Origin: Planctomycetia bacterium
GTDB lineage: Bacteria; Planctomycetota; Planctomycetia; Gemmatales; Gemmataceae
Length of the DNA stretch: 34,062 nt
Assembly (NCBI GenBank): GCA_025356615.1
Contig: JANXSH010001052.1
Coordinates: 1-34,062 of the forward strand
Direction of reading: 5' to 3'
In this document: in pieces, positions 25,103-32,844 of the stretch
Layout of the letters: every line of letters starts with the position of its first letter
Position numbering within the stretch: position 1 is the stretch's first letter
The notes under the pieces: model-generated
Seen by the model: the letters and a program-made list of their open reading frames with translations, nothing else
Database searches by the model: none
Told to the model about the DNA's origin: nothing
Made by a program: the position numbers and the translations under genes

Positions 25103-25320
25103 TGCCGCCGTTCGGGCCGATCAGCCGTGCCAACCTGATTCGCGCCCTGCATGCACTGGGATTTGTTGGCCCTTTTCCGGGCGGACGCCACGCCTTCATG
25201 GTCCGTGGCGAGCGCCGCCTTACCATCCCGAATCAACATCCAGGAGTGATTGGCGTAAATCTGTTAGGGCGCATTCTTCGCCAAGCGGGTATTAACCGTC
25301 AAGAATGGGAGTCCGTGTAG
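25102..25320 (+). CDS. hicA: HicA-like (YcfA family) mRNA-interferase toxin
   Basis: ISRANLIRALHALGFVGPFPGGRHAFMVRGERRLTIPNQHPGVIGVNLLGRILRQAGI follows the HicA dsRBD-like pattern, including the conserved His. 72 aa. Confidence 0.7.
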   Translation: MPPFGPISRANLIRALHALGFVGPFPGGRHAFMVRGERRLTIPNQHPGVIGVNLLGRILRQAGINRQEWESV

Positions 25321-25376
25321 GCTTGCTGCCTGGGTCGTTACTCGCGATCCCAAGGCGCAGGCGAAAATGCCTCGAG

Positions 25377-25382
25377 TAGAAT
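25377..25382 (+). promoter_or_regulatory. Candidate -10 box (TAGAAT) within the conserved leader of PD-(D/E)xK paralog B
   Basis: The leader is CTCGAGTAGAATACCGGTATCGGTGTCTCGAG. It contains the perfect 10-nt palindrome ATACCGGTAT flanked by two CTCGAG sites, 38 nt upstream of the ATG at 25420. Confidence 0.4.
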
Positions 25383-25419
25383 ACCGGTATCGGTGTCTCG
25401 AGGATGAGGAGAAATTGCG

Positions 25420-26043
25420 ATGGCATTCGGCGGATTCAAAAGTCTCGGCGCGGTCGCGCTGACGTATCAAATCGTGCTGCGGCCCGAGCCGTTCGTCCAG
25501 CCGGTCCCTATGGCCGTGGACGAGGGGTTCCGGCGACGGCTGGAATTCAACCGGCTGAACGCGCCTGTCGCGGTCTCCGAGCAGGCGATTTCGGAGTTCC
25601 TGATCGCCCCCGTACTGCAAGAGATGTGGCACGCCTACAGTGATTCCTTGATGATCTGGAGCCATGTCGCATTCGGGGAGGATCTGCCGCTGAAGGGCTT
25701 TCCCGATTACTTCTTCTCGAAGCGTTCTCCTCTGGGTCGGGTTCTCGATCAGCCGTATGTCCTATTCGTCGAAGCCAAGAGCGACGATTTCGACGCTGGC
25801 TGGGCCCAATGTCTGGCAGCCATGCTCGCCGCGCAACAGATGAATAAGCAGCCGGATCAGGTGATCTATGGCAGTGCCTCCAGCGGCGAAGTCTGGTTCT
25901 TCGGCAAACTGGTAGGCAAGACGCTCTTCCAGGATCCCCGTTCGTTCACCTTGACTCGCCTCGACGAACTGTTCAGCGCCTTGAATTATGTGTTCCAGCA
26001 AGCCAAACTAGAAGCACTAGCCGTCACCACAGTCCAAGGATGA
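25420..26043 (+). CDS. PD-(D/E)xK nuclease-fold protein (HsdR-N-terminal-domain-like), paralog B
   Basis: 207 aa with the same motifs as paralog A (GFPDYFF, LFVEAKSDD, WAQCLAAMLAAQ). About 20 substitutions separate the two, mostly in the C-terminal third. Confidence 0.75.
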   Translation: MAFGGFKSLGAVALTYQIVLRPEPFVQPVPMAVDEGFRRRLEFNRLNAPVAVSEQAISEFLIAPVLQEMWHAYSDSLMIWSHVAFGEDLPLKGFPDYFFSKRSPLGRVLDQPYVLFVEAKSDDFDAGWAQCLAAMLAAQQMNKQPDQVIYGSASSGEVWFFGKLVGKTLFQDPRSFTLTRLDELFSALNYVFQQAKLEALAVTTVQG

Positions 26044-26112
26044 CGAAGAGCTATCGAGCAGATCCGCAACAAGGAATCAACGGGCCACGATTTCCCAGAA
26101 GGTACTGTCGTC

Positions 26113-28320
26113 ATGCGTCTCCTATCGACCTTCATGCTGGCCCTGATCGTCACCTCCCTCGGGGCGGTCGCCCCGCCCACGCCGACCCACTGGGCCTTTC
26201 GTCCACCGAGTCGGCCTTCTCTCCCCTCGCTCCAAAATGCCGCCCGTGTCCGCACGCCCGTCGATCGCTTCATTCTCGCACGCCTCGAGGCGGCTGGCCT
26301 CGGCCTCAGCCCGGAAGCGAGCCGGGCGGTCCTCCTGCGCCGGTTGACTTTCGACCTGCTCGGCCTGCCGCCGACGCCGGGGGAGATCGACGCCTTCGTG
26401 GCCGACACCCGCCCGGACACCTACGAACGGACCGTCGATCGCCTCCTGGCCGACCCGCGCCACGGCGAGCGCTGGGCGCAGCACTGGCTCGACGTGGCTC
26501 GCTATGCCGAGACGAACGGCTTCGAGGCCGACGGCGAACGGTCGCAGGCGTGGCGCTATCGTGACTGGGTCGTCTCGGCGCTCAACGCCGACCTGCCCTA
26601 CGATCGCTTCGTCACCGAACAACTCGCCGGCGACCTGCTCGGCAAGGACTCGGTCATCGCCGCCGGGTTCAACCGCTGCGGCCCGATCCATCAGGTGTCC
26701 GGCAACGTCGATCCGCTCGAGACGCGCCACGAGATGCTCAACGAGATGACGACCGGCTTGGGGGCGACGTTCCTCGGATTAACGCTCGGCTGCGCCCGCT
26801 GTCACGACCACAAATTCGACCCGACGAGCCAGGCCGACTACTTCCGCTTCGAGGCGTTCTTCTCCGCTTCCCGAGAGAAAGAGGTCGATCTCGCCGCGCC
26901 TGCCGATCGTCTTCGGCACGCGGGCGAACTCGCCGCCATCGAATCAAAGATCCTCCCGATCCGCAATCAGGTGGCCGCCATCGAGTCGCCGTATCGCAAC
27001 AAGATCCGGGCCGACAAGCTGGCGAAGTTGCCCGCCGACGCCCGCGCCGCGTTCGCGGCCGAGGCCAGCAAGCGCACCCCGGCCCAGCAGAAACTCGCCG
27101 CCGAGTTCGGCCAGCTCCTCAAGGTGACGTGGGACGAAGTCGTCGATGCCCTTACCGAGCCGGATCGAAAGAAGCGAACCGCCTTGCGTGACAGGATGCA
27201 CGCGATGGGAGCCGATGCCCCCGCACCACCGGCACGCGCCTGGTCGCTCGAGGAAGGCAAAGATCCGCTCATGGCCCACGTCCTCAAGCGAGGTGATATC
27301 CACAAACGCGGCAAACGGGTCGAGCCTGGCTCTCCAGGCTTCCTCGGAGTCGCCGGGCCGGGTCCGAACAATCGCCTCGGGCTGGCTCGCTGGCTCACAC
27401 GGCCCGGCCACCCGCTGACTTCGCGCGTCATCGTCAACCGCCTCTGGCAGCACCATTTCGGCAAGGGCATCGTCCGCACGCCGAACGATTTCGGCCTCCG
27501 CGCCGACCCGCCGACACATCCCGAATTGCTCGACTGGCTTGCCGTCGAACTCGTCGAGTCGGGGTGGAGCCTCAAGCACATCCACCGGCTCATCGTCCTG
27601 TCGAGCGTCTATCGCCAATCGGGGAAGGCACCCGGCCTGCGCGGGGGCACAGTGGACCCCGATAATCGGCTCCTCTGGCACATGCCGCGCCGGCGGCTCG
27701 ACGCCGAGTCACTGCGCGACAGCGTCCTCGCGGCCTCCGGGATGCTCACTCCCAAAATGGGCGGCCCGATGGTCCGCGTCCCGCTCGAGCCGGAGGTGTA
27801 CGACCTGATCTTCACCGAGGACGAGCCGGACGGCCTCTGGCCGGTGACGCGCGACACCCGCGAACACACCCGCCGCAGCCTCTACTTGTTCAACAAGCGG
27901 ACCGTTCGGCTGCCGATGTTAGAGTCGTTCGACCAGCCCGACACGCTCACGTCGTGCGCCGTCCGGCCCGTCAGCACGTTCGCCCCGCAAGCGTTGATCC
28001 TCCTCAACAGCCCCTTCATGCACCAGCAAGCCGGGGCGTTCGCCGTTCGACTGACGACCGAAGCAGGTGATGACCCGAAGGCGCAGGTGACGCATGCCTA
28101 CCGCCTCGCCCTGGGCCGATCACCGAGCAAGGCCGAGCTGGAGGTGTCGCTAGCGTTTCTGAGTGACCAGGCCGGGTTGTTGCGCGATCGGCTGAGGGCG
28201 CTCGAGACGGTGGCCTTGCCCGACGCGATTCCCGACGGCGCGGACCCCGCGAAGGTCGCGGCGCTGGCGGACCTGTGCCTGGCGCTGCTCAATCGCAATG
28301 CGTTCGTGCATGTGGATTAG
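26113..28320 (+). CDS. DUF1549 / DUF1553 domain-containing protein (planctomycete PSD1-type)
   Basis: It has a signal-like N-terminus. The DUF1549 block is DRFILARLEAAGL...RRLTFDLLGLPPTPGEIDAFV...RWAQHWLDVARYAE. The DUF1553 block is NRLWQHHFGKGIVRTPNDFG...HPELLDWLA. No DUF1501 partner is adjacent. Confidence 0.9.
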   Translation: MRLLSTFMLALIVTSLGAVAPPTPTHWAFRPPSRPSLPSLQNAARVRTPVDRFILARLEAAGLGLSPEASRAVLLRRLTFDLLGLPPTPGEIDAFVADTRPDTYERTVDRLLADPRHGERWAQHWLDVARYAETNGFEADGERSQAWRYRDWVVSALNADLPYDRFVTEQLAGDLLGKDSVIAAGFNRCGPIHQVSGNVDPLETRHEMLNEMTTGLGATFLGLTLGCARCHDHKFDPTSQADYFRFEAFFSASREKEVDLAAPADRLRHAGELAAIESKILPIRNQVAAIESPYRNKIRADKLAKLPADARAAFAAEASKRTPAQQKLAAEFGQLLKVTWDEVVDALTEPDRKKRTALRDRMHAMGADAPAPPARAWSLEEGKDPLMAHVLKRGDIHKRGKRVEPGSPGFLGVAGPGPNNRLGLARWLTRPGHPLTSRVIVNRLWQHHFGKGIVRTPNDFGLRADPPTHPELLDWLAVELVESGWSLKHIHRLIVLSSVYRQSGKAPGLRGGTVDPDNRLLWHMPRRRLDAESLRDSVLAASGMLTPKMGGPMVRVPLEPEVYDLIFTEDEPDGLWPVTRDTREHTRRSLYLFNKRTVRLPMLESFDQPDTLTSCAVRPVSTFAPQALILLNSPFMHQQAGAFAVRLTTEAGDDPKAQVTHAYRLALGRSPSKAELEVSLAFLSDQAGLLRDRLRALETVALPDAIPDGADPAKVAALADLCLALLNRNAFVHVD

Positions 28321-28360
28321 TTCTACGAGAAGCGATTCCGCGAGAACGGTCCGTCGAGTC

Positions 28361-28383
28361 GCGGAGCGCGCCTCGCGCTCCGC
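28361..28383. terminator. GC hairpin between convergent genes
   Basis: GCGGAGCGCG-CCT-CGCGCTCCGC is a perfect 10-bp stem. It lies between the stop at 28320 (+) and the stop at 28446 (-). There is no U-tract. Confidence 0.45.
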
Positions 28384-28445
28384 GTCGAGTCTAACCCCCG
28401 GATCGTGGGATCAAACGCGGGCTTCCCGAACTCGCCGAACGCACA

Positions 28446-29942
28446 TCAGGCGTTGCCCCAGGCGACCCAGATCTGGCAGGCCGCCAGGTCCGCACCGGAC
28501 AGGTTCACATACGGGTTGCCGTTCGTGTCGTTCTCGCCCCACGGGTTGCGAACCATGATCGATGTCACCTGCCCGGCGGCGTTGCGAGAAACCGACACCA
28601 CCGTGTAGACGTGGCTTCCCACCAGCTTGGACCCCGCCGGGACCGACCCCGTGCCGATCGAGCACGACTGGTGCGAGTTCCAGTGGTCGAAGATCGAGTT
28701 GGCCACCGGGGCCGAGTTCCACGACGGGGCGAAGTAGCTCTCGCCCACCGAGTTGAGATTGTACGCCCGCAGCGCATCGGTCTGGTAGCCGTAGCTGAGT
28801 GAGTCGTAGGTGTTGGCCCCGGTGCGGTAGCTGGCGTAGGCCTTCTCCACGATCGCTACCCACAGGCTTCCCTCGCGACCCAGCCCGGCCATCGTCGGGT
28901 TGGTGCTGCTGGCGCTCCCGGTCGGTAGGTCCGCGTCCTCGCGGTAGAAGTTGTTGCCCAGCCGCACTCCGTAGGTGCCGTCGCCGAAGTCGGCCACCAT
29001 CGAGCGGATCGTGCCGGGGCTGTCCTGTGCTACGGATCCCATTGGGGCCATCAGCCAGCAGTCGGCCAGGGCATTTTGATCGATGTCGGCGGCCTGCGGG
29101 CCGACGCTACTGAACAGCGGGTTGGCCGAGAAGTTCTTGTAGAATTTCCCATCCGTCGGGTCGGCGATCGAGTCGCCGTCAAGGGTCCGGTCCGCGCCGT
29201 TGGCGAACGAGCCGACGGCCTGGATCTTCTCCGCGTAGACGTTGTCGTAGTTGTAGGAATTCCCGTACCAGTGCCGCACCGTGTTCTTGTCCTCCCAGAC
29301 GGTGTCTCGGCCGGCCTGACCGTCGGCGTAGTCGGTCGTTCCGCCGTCGATCGTGACCAGGGTGTCGTCGCCGTTGCCGCCGTACAAGGAATCAGTCCCC
29401 GCCCCGCCGATGATGCTGTCGTTGCCGTCCCCGCCGTAGAGGGTGTCGTTGCCGTCCCCGCCGACGAGCTTGTCGTCACCGCCGTCGCCATTCAGGGTGT
29501 CGTTCCCGGCCATACCCTTGAGGATGTCGTTGCCGTTGCCGCCCCACATCGTGTCGTTGCCGCCGTAGCCGACCAGCGTGTCGTTATTGTCGCCGCCGAT
29601 CAGAGTGTCGTTGCCGTTGTACCCCTCGAGGTAGTCGTCTCCGCCCTGACCCCAGGCGGTGACCGACAGGCTGTAGGCGTTGTTCACGAAACGGTCGTTG
29701 CCGGCCCCGCCCACGAACTGGACCTTGGTGACGCCGGCCTCGATGCGGGTGAAGCCGTTGGTGGAGTCGTAGACCTTGATGCTGGAGCCGGACTGCGAGA
29801 CGACGACGTTGCTGGCGGCGTTGTTGCTCCACATCGTCAGAACGCCGGCTGTCAGGGCGGAGGTGGTGACCGACAGGACAGTTCGGTCCTCGAGAGCCTC
29901 GAGGGTGGGGCGAAGACTACGACGAGTGGTACGAAGGGACAT
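28446..29942 (-). CDS. Secreted calpain-like (peptidase C2) cysteine protease with N-terminal RTX calcium-binding repeats
   Basis: The start is taken at the ATG at 29942 (MSLRTTRRSLRPTLEALEDRTVLSV). About 10 tandem GGxGxD nonapeptide repeats are present (GGDNNDTLVGYGGNDTMWGGNGNDILKGMAGNDTLNGDGGDD...). The calpain-like triad context is LADCWLMAPMGS (Cys), GSHVYTVVSV (His) and VRNPWGE (Asn). Confidence 0.8.
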   Translation of the reverse strand: MSLRTTRRSLRPTLEALEDRTVLSVTTSALTAGVLTMWSNNAASNVVVSQSGSSIKVYDSTNGFTRIEAGVTKVQFVGGAGNDRFVNNAYSLSVTAWGQGGDDYLEGYNGNDTLIGGDNNDTLVGYGGNDTMWGGNGNDILKGMAGNDTLNGDGGDDKLVGGDGNDTLYGGDGNDSIIGGAGTDSLYGGNGDDTLVTIDGGTTDYADGQAGRDTVWEDKNTVRHWYGNSYNYDNVYAEKIQAVGSFANGADRTLDGDSIADPTDGKFYKNFSANPLFSSVGPQAADIDQNALADCWLMAPMGSVAQDSPGTIRSMVADFGDGTYGVRLGNNFYREDADLPTGSASSTNPTMAGLGREGSLWVAIVEKAYASYRTGANTYDSLSYGYQTDALRAYNLNSVGESYFAPSWNSAPVANSIFDHWNSHQSCSIGTGSVPAGSKLVGSHVYTVVSVSRNAAGQVTSIMVRNPWGENDTNGNPYVNLSGADLAACQIWVAWGNA

Positions 29943-30429
29943 GGTGGTGGCTCCTTGGGTGGTCGATTCGGAAGGGGGGAAGGTTTGCACTTCCACTTAC
30001 TGCCGACCAGGAAATTCGTGATGGGGAGCGACAGGAAAATGTCGAAAAATGTGGACACGGCTCGCTCATCCCCTCCGCGTATTTTACGCAAGACCTTATG
30101 AGAGAACAAGTTATCAGCTTTTTTCAGGAGCGTGTCCGCTTCGCCAAAGAAAACAAAGCGGCGATTCTCGCGAATGGCACTTCCGCCGGGAAAAAGGGCA
30201 ATCGGCACGAGGATCTCAGGGGAGGAAGAGGCAAATCCTCGATCTCGCATCCCCAGCGGGTCGGCCCGCGCAGCACTCGACGCGGCGCGCACGCCAGCCC
30301 TTGTCGTGCTCCTCTCGGTTCCCCCTTCATTCCCCAGATCCTGGCGGCTCCCGAACCATTTGCTACACCCGCCCCATCGAATCGTTAGGAATTTCTGATT
30401 TGGGGACTGTTCCTCCGTGATGTGACTGC

Positions 30430-30435
30430 TAGAAT
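30430..30435 (+). promoter_or_regulatory. Candidate -10 box (TAGAAT) for the pseudouridine synthase / pyrK operon
   Basis: TGACTGCTAGAATGATCTAACTATG places the hexamer end only 9 nt from the ATG at 30445. This implies a leaderless or near-leaderless mRNA. Confidence 0.35.
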
Positions 30436-30444
30436 GATCTAACT

Positions 30445-31470
30445 ATGGAACGCCTCAACAAATATCTGGCGCACGCGGGCATCGGCTCGCGCCGCCACTG
30501 CGACGACCTCATCCAACACGGCCGGGTCTCGATCAACGGCCAGCCCGTTCGCGAGATGGGCATGCGTGTCGATCCCGCCGCCCACGCCGTCAGCGTCGAT
30601 GGCAAGCCCGTCCAGAGCGAGCCGCTCGTCTACTGGCTCGTCCACAAGCCGCCCGGCTACCTCTGCACGAATCACGACCCGGCGGGCCGACCCCGCGCGC
30701 TCGACCTCATCGACCACGTAGACGAGCGCGTCTACACCGTCGGGCGGCTCGACGAGGACAGCGAAGGTCTGCTCCTGATGACGAACGACGGCGACCTCGC
30801 CTTCCAGCTCATGCACCCGAAGTTCGGCGTCAGCAAGACGTACCTCGCCCACGTCGCGGGCAAGCCCTCGAACGAAGACCTCGACAAGCTCCTGACCGGC
30901 GTCTTCCTGAGCGAGGGCCACGTCAAGGCGAAGCGCGTCAAACGCCTCAAGACGCAGGGCGACAGCACCTGGCTCGAGATCGTCCTCAACGAGGGCAAGA
31001 ACCGCGAGATCCGCCGCATGCTCGCGGGCCTCGACCACAAGGTCATCCGCCTCAAGCGCATGTCGATCGGCCCGCTGCACATCGACCGGCTCCCCAAGGG
31101 CAAGTCGCGTCGCCTGACGCACGACGAAGTCACCCTGTTGCGCGAGGCGATGGACCGCCGGGCCAAGCGAGGCCGCGAGGCCGCCAACGACGGCCCCGAG
31201 GAGATGCTGCCGAGGCGTCCGGCCAAGCCGGCCCGCCCGCGCGTCGCCGCCGAGCCTGCGTCTCGTTCCATGCGGTCGATCCTCGACCCGCGCCCGCCGC
31301 GCCGGCCCGAACAGCGTCCGCAGCACCCGTCCCTTCATCCCGAGCCTCGCCCGGAGTTCGCCCCGCGCCCCGCCGCTCAGGGTCGGTCTCGCCCCGTGCG
31401 TCCCGACGGCCGACCGGGGAATCGCCGACCGCTCACCGACCGTCCCGGCCGCGACCGGCCCCAGTCATGA
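30445..31470 (+). CDS. RluB/RsuA-family pseudouridine synthase with an Arg/Pro-rich C-terminal tail
   Basis: The S4 domain is RLNKYLAHAGIGSRRHCDDLIQHGRVSING. The catalytic block is VGRLDEDSEGLLLMTNDG. A basic low-complexity tail follows. Confidence 0.9.
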   Translation: MERLNKYLAHAGIGSRRHCDDLIQHGRVSINGQPVREMGMRVDPAAHAVSVDGKPVQSEPLVYWLVHKPPGYLCTNHDPAGRPRALDLIDHVDERVYTVGRLDEDSEGLLLMTNDGDLAFQLMHPKFGVSKTYLAHVAGKPSNEDLDKLLTGVFLSEGHVKAKRVKRLKTQGDSTWLEIVLNEGKNREIRRMLAGLDHKVIRLKRMSIGPLHIDRLPKGKSRRLTHDEVTLLREAMDRRAKRGREAANDGPEEMLPRRPAKPARPRVAAEPASRSMRSILDPRPPRRPEQRPQHPSLHPEPRPEFAPRPAAQGRSRPVRPDGRPGNRRPLTDRPGRDRPQS

Positions 31471-32321
31471 GCGGGGCGGTGCATCAGACCATGCGCGTGC
31501 TGGAGCAGGTCCGCCTGGCACGCGACATGTATCGCATCCGCCTCCACGGCCCCGAACTGGCCTCGGCCATCCGCCCCGGTCAGTTCGTGATGCTGCGCCT
31601 GCCAAAAACCACCGACCCGCTCCTGGGCCGGCCGTTCGCCCTGTACGACACCGTCCTCGATGGCGATCGGCCCGTCGCCATCGACATCGTCTACCTCGTC
31701 GTCGGCAAGATGACGAGCCGGCTCGTCGAGGTCCGGCCCGGCGAGAGTCTCGAAGTCTGGGGGCCACTCGGCAACGGCTTCGCCGCGTTCGACGACCTGC
31801 CCCACGTCGCCCTCGTTGCGGGCGGAATCGGCCAGACGCCGTTCCTCGCCTACACCCGTCAGTTGCTCGGCACGCGCGGCTATGCGGGAGACGCCCCCCG
31901 CCGCATGGCGCGTAAGGTGTCCTTCTACTACGGCGTCCGAACGGCGGACCTCGCAGCGGGCGTCGAGGACTTCCGCGCCGCCGGGGCCGAGGTCCACCTT
32001 GCCAGCGACGACGGCACCCTCGGCGAGCGCGGCTACGTCACCGCGCTGCTCGCGAAGCACGCGCCGCCCGATCTCATCGTCGGCTGCGGCCCCGAGCCGA
32101 TGCTCCACGCCTTGAGCCGACTCGCCGAGGGCATGGCCCGGCCCTGCCACGTCTCGCTCGAGACGCCGATGGCGTGCGGCGTCGGCATCTGCTTCAGTTG
32201 TGTCGTGAAGGTGAAGACGGTTGATGGGGTGGACTACAAGCGCTGCTGCATCGACGGCCCGGTGTTCGACGCGGCGGGGGTCGAATGGGGGGGATCCCCG
32301 TTCGCGGGGACCACGCCATGA
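31467..32321 (+). CDS. pyrK: Dihydroorotate dehydrogenase electron-transfer subunit (FAD/NAD-binding, 2Fe-2S)
   Basis: It has an FNR-like fold (RPGQFVMLRL, GPLGNGF, VAGGIGQTP). The C-terminal cluster motif is MACGVGICFSCV...CCIDGPVF. It shares an ATGA overlap with the upstream gene. Confidence 0.85.
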   Translation: MSGAVHQTMRVLEQVRLARDMYRIRLHGPELASAIRPGQFVMLRLPKTTDPLLGRPFALYDTVLDGDRPVAIDIVYLVVGKMTSRLVEVRPGESLEVWGPLGNGFAAFDDLPHVALVAGGIGQTPFLAYTRQLLGTRGYAGDAPRRMARKVSFYYGVRTADLAAGVEDFRAAGAEVHLASDDGTLGERGYVTALLAKHAPPDLIVGCGPEPMLHALSRLAEGMARPCHVSLETPMACGVGICFSCVVKVKTVDGVDYKRCCIDGPVFDAAGVEWGGSPFAGTTP

Positions 32322-32812
32322 ATTTCGAGCAATCGATCGTCGTCTCGGCCCCTCGGCAATTCCTCTTCTCGCTGACGCAAGACTACTCTCGCCGACTCGA
32401 TTGGGATCCCTTCCTGAGATCCGCCGATCTCATCGATGGGGCGACGTGCGCGAACGTCGGCGTCAGGGCGTTGTGCGTCACCCATACCGGCCTGAGCATG
32501 GAGACCGAATACATATCTTTCGCCCCGCCGCGCGTGGCCGCCGTCAAGATGACGAGCGGTCCCTGGATCCTCGCCCGCTTCGCTGGCTCCTGGCGTTTCG
32601 AGGAGATCAGCCCCTTCGAGACTCGCATCCTATTCGAGTATCACATCGAAGCCCGGCTCTTGCGATGGTTGCTGACGCCGATCGTTGGCTGGATCTTCGC
32701 CCGTGATACTTGCAAACGCCTTGCCGCCCTGAAGGAGGCCGTCGAATCGGGGCGCACGCTCCGAGGAGGCCCGTTGTCCGGCCCAGGAGATCGGATCGAG
32801 ACGATTCGCTAA
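32318..32812 (+). CDS. SRPBCC (START/polyketide-cyclase-like) superfamily protein
   Basis: MNFEQSIVVSAPRQFLFSLTQDYSRRLDWDPFL... is a typical SRPBCC N-terminus. The ATG at 32318 overlaps the pyrK stop (ATGA). Confidence 0.7.
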   Translation: MNFEQSIVVSAPRQFLFSLTQDYSRRLDWDPFLRSADLIDGATCANVGVRALCVTHTGLSMETEYISFAPPRVAAVKMTSGPWILARFAGSWRFEEISPFETRILFEYHIEARLLRWLLTPIVGWIFARDTCKRLAALKEAVESGRTLRGGPLSGPGDRIETIR

Positions 32813-32844
32813 CGGCACTCCCGTTCCTTCATCCCCCGAAGGAG

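Noticed and set aside
30098-30388. 96-aa + ORF in the divergent intergenic region between the calpain-like gene and the pseudouridine synthase gene
   Set aside because: Only the first 40 residues or so look protein-like. The remainder is Arg/Pro/Ser-rich low complexity. It has no ribosome-binding site and no motif, so this is probably a promoter region.
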